This document shows, piece by piece, positions 10,134 through 21,058 of a DNA stretch of 64,000 nucleotides. A program made the translations under genes and the position numbers. The notes beneath the pieces are model-generated. The model worked only from the letters and a program-made list of their open reading frames with translations. It had not been told where the DNA came from and did no database searches. Source of the stretch: an uncultured Haloferula sp. (GTDB lineage: Bacteria; Verrucomicrobiota; Verrucomicrobiia; Verrucomicrobiales; Akkermansiaceae); assembly GCA_965652295.1 (NCBI GenBank), contig CBFGTS010000007.1, positions 128,001 to 192,000 of the forward strand, given 5' to 3'. Every line of letters starts with the position of its first letter. Positions within the stretch are counted from its first letter, which is position 1.

Positions 10134-10666
10134 TGGATGCGTTCGCAGAGCTGGGCCTGGAGCGGCGGCTGGGGGTCTCCGAGGAGGAGATCCGGGCGGC
10201 GTTTCGCGAGGCGGGAAAGGTAAGGCACCCGGATGCGGGTGGGGACGCGGCGGATTTTGCAAAACTCCAGGAGGCGTTGGCGGTGGTGTCGAATCCGTCC
10301 GCGCGGCTGAAGCACTGGTTGGAACTGGAGGGGATCGAAGGCGGAATGCGGGGAGCGGTGCGGGGCGAGCTCATGGAGCTTTTTTCGCGGATTGGCCCGG
10401 TTTTGCAGGAAGCTGATGCGGTGATCCGGGAAAAGGAAGTGGCGCGCTCGGTTCTGGCGAAAGCTTTGCTGGAAGGGAAGGTCCAGGCTTGTCGTGAGCG
10501 GCTGGAGGAATGCCAGGAGTGGGTGGAAACGAACGCTTCGGGGCTGTGCGGGGATTTTGCGCAGGTCGAGCAGGGCTTGACGGACGGCTGGGAGTTGGCC
10601 CGCGAGTTGGCCTTTTTGGGGAAGTGGGCGGCGGAGCTGCGGGCGCGTTACGCGGCGTTGTGGTGA
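10133..10666 (+). CDS. hscB: J-domain co-chaperone, HscB-like
   Basis: MDAFAELGL...HPD J-domain followed by a helical C-domain; ATG overlaps the iscA TGA. Confidence 0.72.
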   Translation: MDAFAELGLERRLGVSEEEIRAAFREAGKVRHPDAGGDAADFAKLQEALAVVSNPSARLKHWLELEGIEGGMRGAVRGELMELFSRIGPVLQEADAVIREKEVARSVLAKALLEGKVQACRERLEECQEWVETNASGLCGDFAQVEQGLTDGWELARELAFLGKWAAELRARYAALW

Positions 10667-10710
10667 GCCGGGCGCGTTGACAGGAGGCACGGGGGCTTTA
10701 AAACCCGGTC

Positions 10711-12168
10711 ATGACGAGGCAGTTGTTCGGATGGGTTGTCGCGCTGGCGCTGGCGGTCCCGCTGGGTGCGCGTGAAATGCGAACTTTCGCCGATACGCAG
10801 GGCCGGAAGTTGGTCGCCCAGGTGGTCGGCTTTTCCGAAGGTAAGGTGAAATTGCGGCGCAACGACGGAAAGGTGTTCGAGCTGGAGGAGTCGCGCCTTT
10901 CGAAGGAGGACCAGGAGTATCTCAATGGTCTGCGCGAAGCCTCCGCGGCGGAGGTGGACAAGCTCAACTCGGCTGCCGGGCATCCGCTTTTCACGAAGAA
11001 GCCCTTGCTCCAACGACCGGCCGAGGAGGTGGCGCGGACACTGGGGTTGAGACCGGAATCGAAAACTTCGGGGCTTTATTCCTGGCGCTTGTATGCCGCC
11101 TTCTATGGTGGACCGGACGGCGGAAAGCCGGGTAGCTACCGGCTTTTCGGTGCGATGCCGTTTTCCCTGGCACTCTATGCGGATCCCTATGGTTCGGTGA
11201 GTCATTTGTCCGCCGTGTTCGCAAACAAGGGCGATTTCGGTTCGTCCGCCGGCTTCGGCGAGGATCACTTCGAGGAAGGGGAATCGCAGGAATCCGGCAG
11301 CCTTGAGGATGCGATGGAGCTGGATTTCAACACCATCACCGCGCGCCTCACCGAAGCCCTCGGAGTACCCGAGACGCAACGTTTCGGCGAGGGGAAGGAG
11401 CGCCGCACGGTTTCCCGCTGGGATGCACAGGGCGTTTCGATTCTGTTGGCGATGGAGGACGAGGAATTCGTCAACCTCTCGATCGTGCCCGTGGAATTCG
11501 CCGAGAGAGGCGGCAAGACCGAGCGGGTCGATGACAGCGCGATCAAGCAGCGGGTGGCGGCGGCGGTGAAGCGCGGGGACAATGGTGACGTGATCATCAC
11601 CGGCATCCCGATGGTCGACCAGGGTCCGAAGGGCTATTGCGTGCCGGCGACCTTCGAGCGGGCGATGCGTTTCATGGGCATGGAGGCGGACATGTATCTT
11701 CTGGCGATGGTCGGGCAAACCTCCGCCGGCGGCGGGACCTCGCCGAAATTGCTGATCGATGAGGTGGAGTCACAGGTTTACCGCAAGGGCCGCCGCACCC
11801 GCGATGATGAGACGAAGAAGCTGGCGATCTCGAAGATGAAGCGTTTCCTCGACGACGGAATCCCGGTGATGTGGCGGATGTATTCGTTGGATGCCTACAA
11901 CGAGATCGCCAACAAGAACACCGAGGCACGGGCGAAGGTGGAGGACTGGGCGGACTGGGCGGCGAAAGTCGCGGCCCAGTCGGACGACTATTCCAAGCGC
12001 GAGCCGACACCGGACGCGCATCACATCTGCATGATCATCGGCTACAATGAAGCGACCGGCGAGTTGGCGGTGAGCGATTCGTGGGGTGCGCGCTATGAGC
12101 TGCGCTGGGTGCCGGAGGGTGTCGCGCAGTGGGTGAACGGCGGCGGGCTGTTCATGATCCTGCCATGA
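10711..12168 (+). CDS. Secreted SHD1-domain protein with C-terminal C39/papain-like cysteine peptidase domain
   Basis: Signal peptide; RTFADTQGRK...LSKEDQEYL (SHD1-like); QGPKGYC, HICMIIGY and DSWG giving a Cys-His-Asp pattern. Confidence 0.7.
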   Translation: MTRQLFGWVVALALAVPLGAREMRTFADTQGRKLVAQVVGFSEGKVKLRRNDGKVFELEESRLSKEDQEYLNGLREASAAEVDKLNSAAGHPLFTKKPLLQRPAEEVARTLGLRPESKTSGLYSWRLYAAFYGGPDGGKPGSYRLFGAMPFSLALYADPYGSVSHLSAVFANKGDFGSSAGFGEDHFEEGESQESGSLEDAMELDFNTITARLTEALGVPETQRFGEGKERRTVSRWDAQGVSILLAMEDEEFVNLSIVPVEFAERGGKTERVDDSAIKQRVAAAVKRGDNGDVIITGIPMVDQGPKGYCVPATFERAMRFMGMEADMYLLAMVGQTSAGGGTSPKLLIDEVESQVYRKGRRTRDDETKKLAISKMKRFLDDGIPVMWRMYSLDAYNEIANKNTEARAKVEDWADWAAKVAAQSDDYSKREPTPDAHHICMIIGYNEATGELAVSDSWGARYELRWVPEGVAQWVNGGGLFMILP

Positions 12169-12800
12169 GCGCGCTGCCCGAGCTGATCGCCTTTGCCGGC
12201 GTGATGGCGGTCGGGCAGTTCAGCCCCGGGCCGGACCTCTTGTTGGTGACGCGGACGGCGCTTTCCGACGGCACGGCGGCCGGAGTGAGGACGGCGGCGG
12301 GCATTGCTACGGGGTTGATCGTACACGCCTCGCTGGCGGTGGCGGGTGTTTCGGCGCTCTTCCGCGCGCAGGGTGGGTTGGGGAAAACGGTGGCCTGGGT
12401 GGGTGCGGCTTATCTGTTCTGGCTCGCCATCGGACTGGTGCGGAAAGCGGGGCAGGTTCCTGAGGCGGGTGGGGCCCGACCGGGACATGCCGTCTACGTC
12501 CGGGGACTTCTATGCAATCTTCTCAACCCGAAGGCGCTGTTGTTTCTCGCTGCGGTGAGCAGTCCGTTTCTTGCCGGAAGGAGCGAAACTTGGTGGCCAT
12601 GGGCGATCGCCGGCGTGGCCGTGATCCAGGGATTCGCACTGTGGTGCGGCTGGGCGGCCGTGCTTCAGTGGCCGCCGGTTCAGCGCGGATACCGGCGCGC
12701 GGCGAAATGGATCGACCGGGTCTTCGCCGTGATGCTCGCGGCCCTCGCGGTAGGGCTGCTGGTGGAGGTGGGGAGCTTGAGCGGGATGGCCATTCGGTAA
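12165..12800 (+). CDS. LysE/RhtB family amino-acid exporter
   Basis: SPGPD, GAAYLFWLA and NLLNPKA motifs. Confidence 0.9.
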   Translation: MSALPELIAFAGVMAVGQFSPGPDLLLVTRTALSDGTAAGVRTAAGIATGLIVHASLAVAGVSALFRAQGGLGKTVAWVGAAYLFWLAIGLVRKAGQVPEAGGARPGHAVYVRGLLCNLLNPKALLFLAAVSSPFLAGRSETWWPWAIAGVAVIQGFALWCGWAAVLQWPPVQRGYRRAAKWIDRVFAVMLAALAVGLLVEVGSLSGMAIR

Positions 12801-12859
12801 GCCTGCGGGCAGTTTACAAGAAACGGATACACCAGGGTCAACTCGCTTGAATGGGCCTT

Positions 12860-15800
12860 CTAGGTCCTGAGTTCCGCCACGAGGAAGGGCGCGGTGGCGG
12901 AGCGTTTGGAGCGTGCGATCTTCTCGGGCGGGCCTTGGGCGACGATCTTGCCGCCGGCGTCGCCGCCTTCGGGGCCGAGGTCGAGGATCCAGTCGGCCTC
13001 GGCGGCGACGGCCATGTGGTGCTCGATGACGACGACGGTGTGACCTTCATCCACGAGGCGGTGAAGGACGTCGATGAGGCGTTTCACATCCTCGAGATGG
13101 AGGCCCACGGTGGGCTCCTCGATGAGGTAGAGGTTGCTGGTTTTTAGCTCGCGGGTGGTGAGCTGGGCCTTGGCCGAGCGGCCGCGGATGAGCTGGGAAA
13201 CGAGCTTGATGCGCTGGGCCTCGCCGCCGCTGAGGGTGGGTGAAGGTTGGCCGAGCTGGAGGTAGCCGAGGCCGGTGTCGGCAAGGAGTTGGAGGGGGGT
13301 GGCGATGCGCGGTTGGCTTTCGAAGAACCCGGCCGCCTGCTCGATGGTCATCTTGAGGATCTCGCCGATGTTCTTTTCCCGGAAGCGGACGTCGAGGGTG
13401 GCGGAGTTGTAGCGGAGCTCGTCGCAGGCTTCGCAGGGGACCCAGGTGGTGGGGAGGAAATCCATCTCGAGCTTCACTCGGCCGTTGCCCTCGCAGACGG
13501 AGCAGCGTCCATCGCCGGTGTTGAAGGAGAAACGGGAGGCATCGTAGCCGCGCATCCGTGAGTCGGGCAGCTGGGCGAAGAGCTTGCGGATGTCGTCGAA
13601 GACCTTGACGTAGGTGGCGGGGCAGGAGCGGGAGGTCTTGCCGATGGGAGACTGATCGACTTCGTAAACGGACTTGATGCCCTTATGCCCGGAGACACGG
13701 GAATAGGTTTTGGCCGAGGAGGCCTGGCGGTTGAAAACCGCCGCCACGCATTGGTGCATGAGCGTGGATTTCCCGGATCCGGAGATACCGGTGAGAACGG
13801 TGAGCCGGCCGAGCGGAATCGCGGCGTCGAGGTTCTTGAGGTTGTTGGCGGTGCAGCCGGTGAGTTTGAGGAAGGGGTGGGATTTGCCGATAGGGCGGCG
13901 CCCGCCGCGCATCGGGTGGGCGATGGGATGGGTGAGGGCTTGGTAGGTCGGTGAGTTTGCGAGTTGGAAGTTTTCAGTTTTCAGGGAAGACGCTTCGCGT
14001 TTGGCAGTCTTCTTCTGTTTTTTACTGAAAACTGAAAACTGAACACTAGCAACTTCCGGAGGCGGACCTTGATACACGACCTCGCCGCCGAGCCGACCCG
14101 CACCCGGACCGAGATCGATGAGGTGGTCGGCGCGGGCGATGGTGTCTTCGTCGTGCTCGACGATGATGAGGGAATTTCCGCGGTCGCGGAGGTGGATGAG
14201 GGTGTCGAGGAGCTTGGCGTTGTCCCGGGGGTGGAGACCGATGGTGGGTTCGTCGAGGACGTAGAGGACGCCCTGGAGGTTCGAGCCGAGCTGGGCGGCG
14301 AGGCGGATGCGCTGGCTTTCGCCGCCGCTCAGGGTTTTCGCGGAGCGATCGAGCTGGAGGTAGCCGAGACCGACGTGGTCGAGGAAGGCGAGGCGCTGGG
14401 TGATCTCGGGGAGGATGTCGCGGGCGATGAGATGTTCGCGCGGACCGGTGAATTTGACTTTGGAGAAATGGCTGGCTGCGTCGGCGACGGGGAGGCGGGA
14501 GAGGTCGGCGATGCTGACGGAATCGCGGCGGGCCGCCGCTCCCACGGCCTGCCCCGGGCCGGGGTAGCCACTGAGCCGGACGGCGCGGGACTCGGGATTG
14601 AGGCGGGAGCCGTGGCAATCGGGGCACTCGACGAGTTCGACCTCATCCATGCGCTCGATTTTCCGGTCGGCGTCGAGTTCGGCGGCGAGGACGGAATCGT
14701 GCCGCGAGACGTCGAGGTGGAGCCGGCGCTTCGGCGTGCGGCCGTGGCCGCGGCAGGTGGGGCACCAGCCGTGGGGGGAGTTGAAGGAGAAAAGACGCGG
14801 ATCGAGTTCGTCGAAGGAGCGCTGGCAGGAGGGGCAGGCGGCCTCGGTGGAGAGGATGAGGATCTTCTTGTCCGGCGTGATGAGCTTGAGGGTGCCTTTG
14901 CCGATTTCGAGGGCGCGGGAGATGGCGGATGGGAGGTCAGTGGGAGAAGAGGGTTTTGGCGGGACGCCAAAACCTGCCGGCGAGACGCCGGCGCTCCCCT
15001 CCCAGACGACGACGTCGAGGTCGTGTTCCTTGAAGCGTTCGAGGCGGGTGAAGCCTTCGGCGTTGCGGAGCTTTCCGTCGACGAGGAGTTTGGTGAATCC
15101 GTGCTTGAGCGCCCAGTCGGCGACTTCGGTGTGATAGCCTTTCCGCCCGCGGATGATGGGGGAGAGGATGGAGACCGGGCCTTTCTTGAGGTGGCCGCGG
15201 ATGGTGGTTTCGATGGCGGCGATCGATTGCTTCTCCACCGGAACGTCGCAGTCCGGGCAGTAGCGGGTGCCGAGCTTGGCGTAGAGGAGACGGATGAAGT
15301 TCCAGAGTTCGGTGACGGTGGCGACGGTGGATTTCATGCCGCCTTGGGAGACCCGCTGCTCGATGGCCACGGTGGGAGGGAGGCCGCTGAGCAGGTCGAG
15401 GTCGGGCTTTTCGAGCTGCTCGGCGAACTGCCGGGCGTAGGCGGACATGGAGTCGAGGAAACGGCGCTGGCCCTCGGCGAAGAGGATGTCGAAGGCGAGG
15501 GTGGATTTTCCGGAGCCGGAAAGGCCGGAGACGACGACGAGCTGGTCGCGCGGGATATCGACGGAGATGTTCTTGAGGTTGTGCTCGCGGGCACCGCGGA
15601 GGCTGATGGCGGTTTGGGAGATGGAGGGTGGGAGGTGCTTGCCTGAGGACACAGGCGGGACGCCTGTGCTCCTTTTTTTGAGGAAGCGGGCGGTTTCGGT
15701 GTTGAGTTTGGCGACCTTTTTGGGCGGGCCCTGGGCGACGAGTTGGCCGCCGTCCTTGCCGGCACCGGGGCCGAGTTCGATGAGCCAGTCGGCGGATTTG

Positions 15801-18712
15801 ATGACGTCGAGGTTGTGCTCGATGACGAGCAGGCTGTGGCCGTGATCGACGAGCCGCTGGAAGACCCCGAGGAGGCGTTCGATGTCGGTGAAATGGAGCC
15901 CGGTGGTGGGCTCGTCGAGGATGAGAAGCTTGGAACGCCCGTGCCGGGCGTCGGTCTTCTTGCCGGTGTCGGCGATGATCTGGCAGAGCTTGAGACGCTG
16001 GGATTCGCCGCCGGAAAGGGTGTTGAGGGGTTGGCCGAGCTTGATGTAGCCGAGGCCGACTTCGCTGAGCGGGAGCAGCGCACCGCGGATGGAACTGTGA
16101 CGTTTGCGGGTCGAGGTGGTGGACGAAGGGTCGTCGGCGTAGAAACGGAGGGCTTGGTCGATGGTGAGTTCGAGGACGTCGGCGATCGATTTCCCACGAT
16201 AGAGGAAATCGAGCGTGGACGGCTTGTAGCGTCGGCCGGAGCAGTCGGGGCAGGTGACCTGGATGTCGGAAAGGAACTGCATCTCGACCTTCTCGAAACC
16301 GGCACCGGAGCAGCGGTCGCAACGGCCGTCGCCGGAGTTGAAGGAGAAGAAGCCGGTGTTGCAGCCGTGGGCCGTGGCGTCCGGCGTCTGGGCGAAGAGC
16401 TGGCGGATTTCGTTGAAGGCACCGAGCAGGATGGCCGGAGTGGAGCGCGGCGTGCGGGCCAGCGGGGATTGATCGACGATGAGGACGTCCTTCAAATACT
16501 GCGTGCCCCGTAGTTCCTTGAGGGGTGCGGGATCGAGTTCGGGAACTTCCTTTTTAAGGCGTTTCGCCAGGTTGGCGAAGAGGACGTCGTGGGCGAGCGT
16601 GGACTTGCCGGAACCGGAGACGCCGGTGAGGCAGACGAAGAGGCCGAGCGGGAGATCGAGGTCGAGCTTCCGGAGGTTGTGGCGGGTGGCTCCGCGGACC
16701 GTCAGAAGCGCGTCACCCGGCTCTCGGACGGTCTCCGGCGGATGAATCTGCTTTTCACCCGAGAGCCAGGGCAGCGTGCCGGTGGAGTCTGCTAGTTGGC
16801 AGTTTTCAGTTTTCAGGGAAGACGCTCCGCGTTTGGCGGTCTCTTTGCCTTTGCTGAAAACTGAACTCTGAACACTCGCACACTCCCGGAGGGCTCCCTG
16901 ATAGATGAGGGTGCCGCCGTTTTCGCCGGAGGCGGGGCCGAGGTCGATGAGGTGGTCGGCGGCGCGCATGACGGACTCCTCGTGTTCGACGACGACGATG
17001 GTGTTCCCCTTGTCGCGCAGGTCGTGCATGACGCCGACGAGGCGTTCGACGTCGCGCGGGTGGAGACCGACGGTGGGTTCGTCGAGGACGAAAAGGGTGT
17101 TTGAGAGGGATGCGCCGAGGCAGGTAGTGAGGTTGACCCGCTCGATTTCGCCACCTGACAAGGTGCGTGCGGGCCGGTCGAGGGTGAGGTAGGCGAGGCC
17201 GACCTGATCGAGGTAGCTGAGGCGGGAGGTGATCTCGGTGAGGACCAACTCCAGCGCGGAGTGCGGAGCGGGGAGCGCGGAGTGGAAATCCCTGAAGAAG
17301 GGGAGCAGCTCGGAGACGGGGAGCTGCCAGAGATCGGGCAGGGTTTTGTCGGCGACCTTGAAGCAGAGGGCTTCGGGCTGGAGGCGCTTGCCGCGGCATT
17401 TGGGGCAGGCGGTGTAGGAGCGGAAACGGCTGAGGAAGACGCGGACATGCATCTTGTAAGCCTTGGTTTCGAGCCAGTCGAAGAAGCCCTTGATGCCGTA
17501 CCAGCCGCCGTCGCGCCAGAGGTCCTCCATTTCTTCCATGGTGGCCTCGGGGCGGTCGCCGTATTTCACCCACTCCTGGGTGTCCTGGTCGAGGTTCTCG
17601 AAGGGGGTGGTGACGGAGATGTCGCGCTCACGGCAATTGCGCAGGAGGTCGCGCTGGCATTCCTCGCCGCGCTCGCCTTGGAAGGGCCGGATGGCTCCTT
17701 TTTTCAGACTGAGGGAGGGGTCGGGAATGGCTTTGTCGAGATCGATGCCGATGACGCGTCCGAAGCCGCGGCAATGAGGGCAGGCTCCGAGGGGGTTGTT
17801 GAAGGAGAAGAGGGCGGGGGAAGGGGGGCGGAGGGTGAAGCCGGTGGCGGGGTTCTGCCAGGCGCTCGAGAACGAGCGCTGGATGGAAGATGGTGGATGG
17901 TGGATGGTGGATTTCCCCTTGCCCAGGGTGAAGGCGTGTTCGAGGGCTTCGAGGAGGCGGGCGCGGGTCTTGTTGGAAACGGTGAGGCGATCCTGGATGA
18001 CGGTGGCGATGCCGGTCTGCCGCCGACGAGTCGGGGGAACAAGACCGGCGCTCCCTGTGGGTTCGTCGGTGCGGAGGATTTCGCCCTCGGGGGTGAGGAT
18101 GCGGAGGTAGCCTTGTTGGTTGAGGAAGGGGAAAAGGTCGTCGGTTTTCGTGTCCGCGGGGATGGGGACGGGGAAGGTGACGAGCACTTGCTGGCCATCG
18201 AGGTTTTCCATGGCCCAGTCGGCGGCGGACTCGGGCGAATCGGGGCGGATCTCCTCGCCGGTCTGCGGGTCGAAACCGGTGGCCGCGCGGGCGAAGAGGA
18301 GCTTCAGGTAATCGTTGAGCTCGGTGAGGGTGCCGACGGTCGAGCGGGTGGTGCGGATGTTGTTCTTTTGCTCGATCGCGATGGCCGGCGGGATGCCATC
18401 GATGCGATCGACGTCCGGCTTGTCCATGCGATCGAAGAACTGCCGGACGTAGGGCGAGAAGGTCTCGACGTAGCGGCGCTGGCCCTCGGCGTAGAGGGTG
18501 TGGAAGGCGAGCGAGGATTTTCCGGAGCCGGAGGGACCGGTGACGACGGTGAGCTGGCCCAGAGGGATGTCGAGATCGAGGCTCTTCAGGTTGTGCTGGC
18601 GTGCGCCGCGGATCTGGATGGAGGAAGCAGGCTTGGGTCCGGGGACGGCGGACGAGCGGGCGCGCTTTTTGGCGGCCTGTTTTTTCGCAGCGGTCTTCTT
18701 TTTCGCGGGCAC
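12860..18712 (-). CDS. uvrA: Excinuclease ABC subunit A, tandem double-length form (1950 aa)
   Basis: Four Walker A motifs ([32 protein letters not shown]), four LSGGE signatures and repeated CxxC zinc fingers, i.e. two UvrA units fused. Confidence 0.95.
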   Translation of the reverse strand: MPAKKKTAAKKQAAKKRARSSAVPGPKPASSIQIRGARQHNLKSLDLDIPLGQLTVVTGPSGSGKSSLAFHTLYAEGQRRYVETFSPYVRQFFDRMDKPDVDRIDGIPPAIAIEQKNNIRTTRSTVGTLTELNDYLKLLFARAATGFDPQTGEEIRPDSPESAADWAMENLDGQQVLVTFPVPIPADTKTDDLFPFLNQQGYLRILTPEGEILRTDEPTGSAGLVPPTRRRQTGIATVIQDRLTVSNKTRARLLEALEHAFTLGKGKSTIHHPPSSIQRSFSSAWQNPATGFTLRPPSPALFSFNNPLGACPHCRGFGRVIGIDLDKAIPDPSLSLKKGAIRPFQGERGEECQRDLLRNCRERDISVTTPFENLDQDTQEWVKYGDRPEATMEEMEDLWRDGGWYGIKGFFDWLETKAYKMHVRVFLSRFRSYTACPKCRGKRLQPEALCFKVADKTLPDLWQLPVSELLPFFRDFHSALPAPHSALELVLTEITSRLSYLDQVGLAYLTLDRPARTLSGGEIERVNLTTCLGASLSNTLFVLDEPTVGLHPRDVERLVGVMHDLRDKGNTIVVVEHEESVMRAADHLIDLGPASGENGGTLIYQGALRECASVQSSVFSKGKETAKRGASSLKTENCQLADSTGTLPWLSGEKQIHPPETVREPGDALLTVRGATRHNLRKLDLDLPLGLFVCLTGVSGSGKSTLAHDVLFANLAKRLKKEVPELDPAPLKELRGTQYLKDVLIVDQSPLARTPRSTPAILLGAFNEIRQLFAQTPDATAHGCNTGFFSFNSGDGRCDRCSGAGFEKVEMQFLSDIQVTCPDCSGRRYKPSTLDFLYRGKSIADVLELTIDQALRFYADDPSSTTSTRKRHSSIRGALLPLSEVGLGYIKLGQPLNTLSGGESQRLKLCQIIADTGKKTDARHGRSKLLILDEPTTGLHFTDIERLLGVFQRLVDHGHSLLVIEHNLDVIKSADWLIELGPGAGKDGGQLVAQGPPKKVAKLNTETARFLKKRSTGVPPVSSGKHLPPSISQTAISLRGAREHNLKNISVDIPRDQLVVVSGLSGSGKSTLAFDILFAEGQRRFLDSMSAYARQFAEQLEKPDLDLLSGLPPTVAIEQRVSQGGMKSTVATVTELWNFIRLLYAKLGTRYCPDCDVPVEKQSIAAIETTIRGHLKKGPVSILSPIIRGRKGYHTEVADWALKHGFTKLLVDGKLRNAEGFTRLERFKEHDLDVVVWEGSAGVSPAGFGVPPKPSSPTDLPSAISRALEIGKGTLKLITPDKKILILSTEAACPSCQRSFDELDPRLFSFNSPHGWCPTCRGHGRTPKRRLHLDVSRHDSVLAAELDADRKIERMDEVELVECPDCHGSRLNPESRAVRLSGYPGPGQAVGAAARRDSVSIADLSRLPVADAASHFSKVKFTGPREHLIARDILPEITQRLAFLDHVGLGYLQLDRSAKTLSGGESQRIRLAAQLGSNLQGVLYVLDEPTIGLHPRDNAKLLDTLIHLRDRGNSLIIVEHDEDTIARADHLIDLGPGAGRLGGEVVYQGPPPEVASVQFSVFSKKQKKTAKREASSLKTENFQLANSPTYQALTHPIAHPMRGGRRPIGKSHPFLKLTGCTANNLKNLDAAIPLGRLTVLTGISGSGKSTLMHQCVAAVFNRQASSAKTYSRVSGHKGIKSVYEVDQSPIGKTSRSCPATYVKVFDDIRKLFAQLPDSRMRGYDASRFSFNTGDGRCSVCEGNGRVKLEMDFLPTTWVPCEACDELRYNSATLDVRFREKNIGEILKMTIEQAAGFFESQPRIATPLQLLADTGLGYLQLGQPSPTLSGGEAQRIKLVSQLIRGRSAKAQLTTRELKTSNLYLIEEPTVGLHLEDVKRLIDVLHRLVDEGHTVVVIEHHMAVAAEADWILDLGPEGGDAGGKIVAQGPPEKIARSKRSATAPFLVAELRT
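13969..14047. repeat. In-frame heptamer inverted-repeat element inside uvrA (copy 1)
   Basis: agttttcagttttcag...ctgaaaactgaaaactgaacact; translates as [29 protein letters not shown]. Confidence 0.8.
16801..16876. repeat. In-frame heptamer inverted-repeat element inside uvrA (copy 2)
   Basis: agttttcagttttcagggaagacgctccgcgtttggc...ctgaaaactgaactctgaacact, closely similar to 13969-14047. Confidence 0.8.
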
Positions 18713-18774
18713 GGCGGGAGATTAGGCGGGAGGGGGAGGGTTGCCAGTGGAGTTTGCAGGCACTATGCCGGGTC

Positions 18775-19152
18775 ATGGAAACACTGGAGCAAGTGGTCGC
18801 GCGGGAGCTGGGACCGGAAGGGATCGCGGCGCTGGTGGCGGCGTTCTACCGCCGGGTGCCGGGCGATGATCTGATGGGGCCGATGTACCCGGAGGAGGAT
18901 CTGGCCGGGGCGGAGGAGCGTCTCAGGGATTTCCTGAAATTCCGTCTGCTGGGGGATCCCGTGTATCAGTTCAAGCGCGGGCATCCCCGGCTGCGGATGC
19001 GGCACGCGCCCTTTGCCATCGGCGAGGCGGAGCGTGATCGCTGGCTGGAGCTGATGGAGGCGGCGATGGAGGAAACGGCGGTGAGCGCGGAGGCCCGGCG
19101 GGTGCTGAGGCCGTTTTTCGCCCAAGTGGCGGATTTCATGCGGAACCGGTGA
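18775..19152 (+). CDS. Group II truncated hemoglobin (globin)
   Basis: LVAAFYRRV, GHPRLRMRHAPFAI, ERDRWL, ADFMRN. Confidence 0.9.
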   Translation: METLEQVVARELGPEGIAALVAAFYRRVPGDDLMGPMYPEEDLAGAEERLRDFLKFRLLGDPVYQFKRGHPRLRMRHAPFAIGEAERDRWLELMEAAMEETAVSAEARRVLRPFFAQVADFMRNR

Positions 19153-19209
19153 AGCGCCCGGGCTCCGGGGCCCCCTGAAGGGGGAACTACGTGCAGCCGG
19201 AGGCGACTT

Positions 19210-19605
19210 TTATTTCCGGGGCTCGGGCATCGGCATGACCTCGGCGAGCTCGAAGTCGATGAGGCAGAAGTGGCCGGTTTTGTTGTCGTAGGTGACGTTG
19301 CGGCGTTCGGCGTCGAGGTGACGGACGCCATAGGTGTGCTCGAGGTCGGCGAAGAGGGCGAGCGCTCTTTCCTTGCTGATCGTCGGGGCGGGTTGGCCAC
19401 AGGAGGTGGTGACGAGGTAGAGTTCGTCCGGATGCTCTTCGAGGACCTTCGGGACATAGGGACAGCCGCGTTCTTCGAGGACCTTGAGGACCATGACTTC
19501 GGTGGCGTAGCGCTGCTCGGCATCGGTGCCGCGGAAGCGTTTGTGCACGCGGCCGGTCCAGTCGAGCCGCACTTCGGAGCGGATGCCGTCTTTGAGTTCT
19601 CGCAT
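19210..19605 (-). CDS. Small protein-kinase-like fold protein (RIO/Kdo/APH-like core)
   Basis: 131 aa with VHKRF, a conserved Glu, HLDAERRNV catalytic-loop-like motif and LIDFE. Confidence 0.6.
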   Translation of the reverse strand: MRELKDGIRSEVRLDWTGRVHKRFRGTDAEQRYATEVMVLKVLEERGCPYVPKVLEEHPDELYLVTTSCGQPAPTISKERALALFADLEHTYGVRHLDAERRNVTYDNKTGHFCLIDFELAEVMPMPEPRK

Positions 19606-19609
19606 GATA

Positions 19610-21010
19610 TCAGAGCCCGAGGAGTGCGCGGGCGACGGTAAAGTAGATGACCATCCCGGAGACGTCCACAATGGCCGCAATGGCGGGGGCGGAAACCACG
19701 GCGGGGTCGAGCCGCATGGCGCGTGCGCCGAAGGGCAACAGTGAACCGAGGAAGGTGGCGGAGGTGACCTGCGCGGTGAGGGCGACGGCGACGGAAAAGG
19801 CGAGGTGGGGGTAGCCGAGGCCGCCGGGGAGGCCGGGCTTGAAGGCGGGCAGGACGAAGGCCGTGAAAAGGGCCATGCAGATGCCGAGCAGCAGCCCGAG
19901 CATGAAACCGGTGCGGAGTTCCTTCCACGCGACGCGGGCACCGGTGCCGGGGACCAGCTCGTTGAGCGACATCGCGCGGATGACCATGGTTGTGGCTTGG
20001 CCGCCTGAATTTCCGCCGGCGGCGACGACCATCGGCAGGAAAAGCGAGAGGATGAAGACCTCGCTGAGCATGGTGCCGAAGCGCATCATGACGTAGCCGG
20101 AAAGGATCGACACGAAAGCCAGCCCGACCAGCCAGCCGGCGCGGCGGCGGAAATGATTGAAGGGATTGGCGGAAAGGTAGGTGGATTCGTCCTGATCGCC
20201 GGCGATACCGCCGAAGCGCTCGAAGTCCTCGGTGCTCTCTTCCTGGAGGATCTCCATCGCGTCATCGTGCGTGATGATCCCGAGCAGGTGGTCGAACTCA
20301 TCGACGACCGGCAGCACGATGAGGTCGTATTTCAAAAGCAGATGGGCGGCCTCCTCCTGGTCGGCGGTGGCGAGCACGCGCTGCTCCTGCCCGACCTCGG
20401 CCATGATGTCGCGGATGGGCGTGTCCCAGGTGTTGAAAGCGAGGTCGCGGAGGCGGACGCGGCCGATCAGGTGGCCTTTGGCATCGACCACGAAAATCCG
20501 GGAAAGCGTCTCGGTGTTGTCCTGGTCGCGACGCAGGTATTCGATCGCCTGCTTGACCGTCATGCTGGCGAAAAGCCGACCGAAGCGGGTGGTCATGCGC
20601 CCGCCGGCGGTGTCGTACTCGTAGCGCAGCAGGCTGCGGGTCAGCTCCTCGTCCTCCGGCCCGAGTAAGCCGAGGTAGCGCAGACGTGCCTCGTCGCCGA
20701 CGGCTTGGAGCAGGTCCACTCGGTCATCGTCTGACAGCTCGCGGAAGAGGACTTTCAGTTCGCCGGGGCGGAAATGGTCGAGGGCCTCCTCGATGAGCGA
20801 CTCGGGCAGTTCCACGACCATGTCCGCGGCCAGCTCGGGGCCGATGGACTTGAGGAAAACGGGATGCTTTTCCTCCTCAAGCTCCAGGTAAGCCTGGGCG
20901 AGGTCGGCGTAGTGGGTTTCCGACGCGAGCGAGTGGATGGCGCTCTGGTCATCGGCCTCGACCGCGCGCAGAAGCGCTTCGGTGGGGCTGGCGACGGCGT
21001 CCTCGGGCAT
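19610..21010 (-). CDS. mgtE: Magnesium transporter MgtE
   Basis: N-domain, CBS pair (TAGGRMT; PVVD...GIITHDD), GGNSGGQ, DPAVVSAP...VD. Confidence 0.95.
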   Translation of the reverse strand: MPEDAVASPTEALLRAVEADDQSAIHSLASETHYADLAQAYLELEEEKHPVFLKSIGPELAADMVVELPESLIEEALDHFRPGELKVLFRELSDDDRVDLLQAVGDEARLRYLGLLGPEDEELTRSLLRYEYDTAGGRMTTRFGRLFASMTVKQAIEYLRRDQDNTETLSRIFVVDAKGHLIGRVRLRDLAFNTWDTPIRDIMAEVGQEQRVLATADQEEAAHLLLKYDLIVLPVVDEFDHLLGIITHDDAMEILQEESTEDFERFGGIAGDQDESTYLSANPFNHFRRRAGWLVGLAFVSILSGYVMMRFGTMLSEVFILSLFLPMVVAAGGNSGGQATTMVIRAMSLNELVPGTGARVAWKELRTGFMLGLLLGICMALFTAFVLPAFKPGLPGGLGYPHLAFSVAVALTAQVTSATFLGSLLPFGARAMRLDPAVVSAPAIAAIVDVSGMVIYFTVARALLGL

Positions 21011-21058
21011 GCGGGCAGTCTTGTCCCCGCTTCCGTAACCCGCAAGCCCGGGCGGCGG

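Noticed and set aside
14069..18874. Long plus-strand ORFs (525, 256 and 537 aa) opposite uvrA, and similar ORFs opposite pheS, pheT and others
   Set aside because: Antisense shadow frames typical of high-GC codon usage; no protein motifs.
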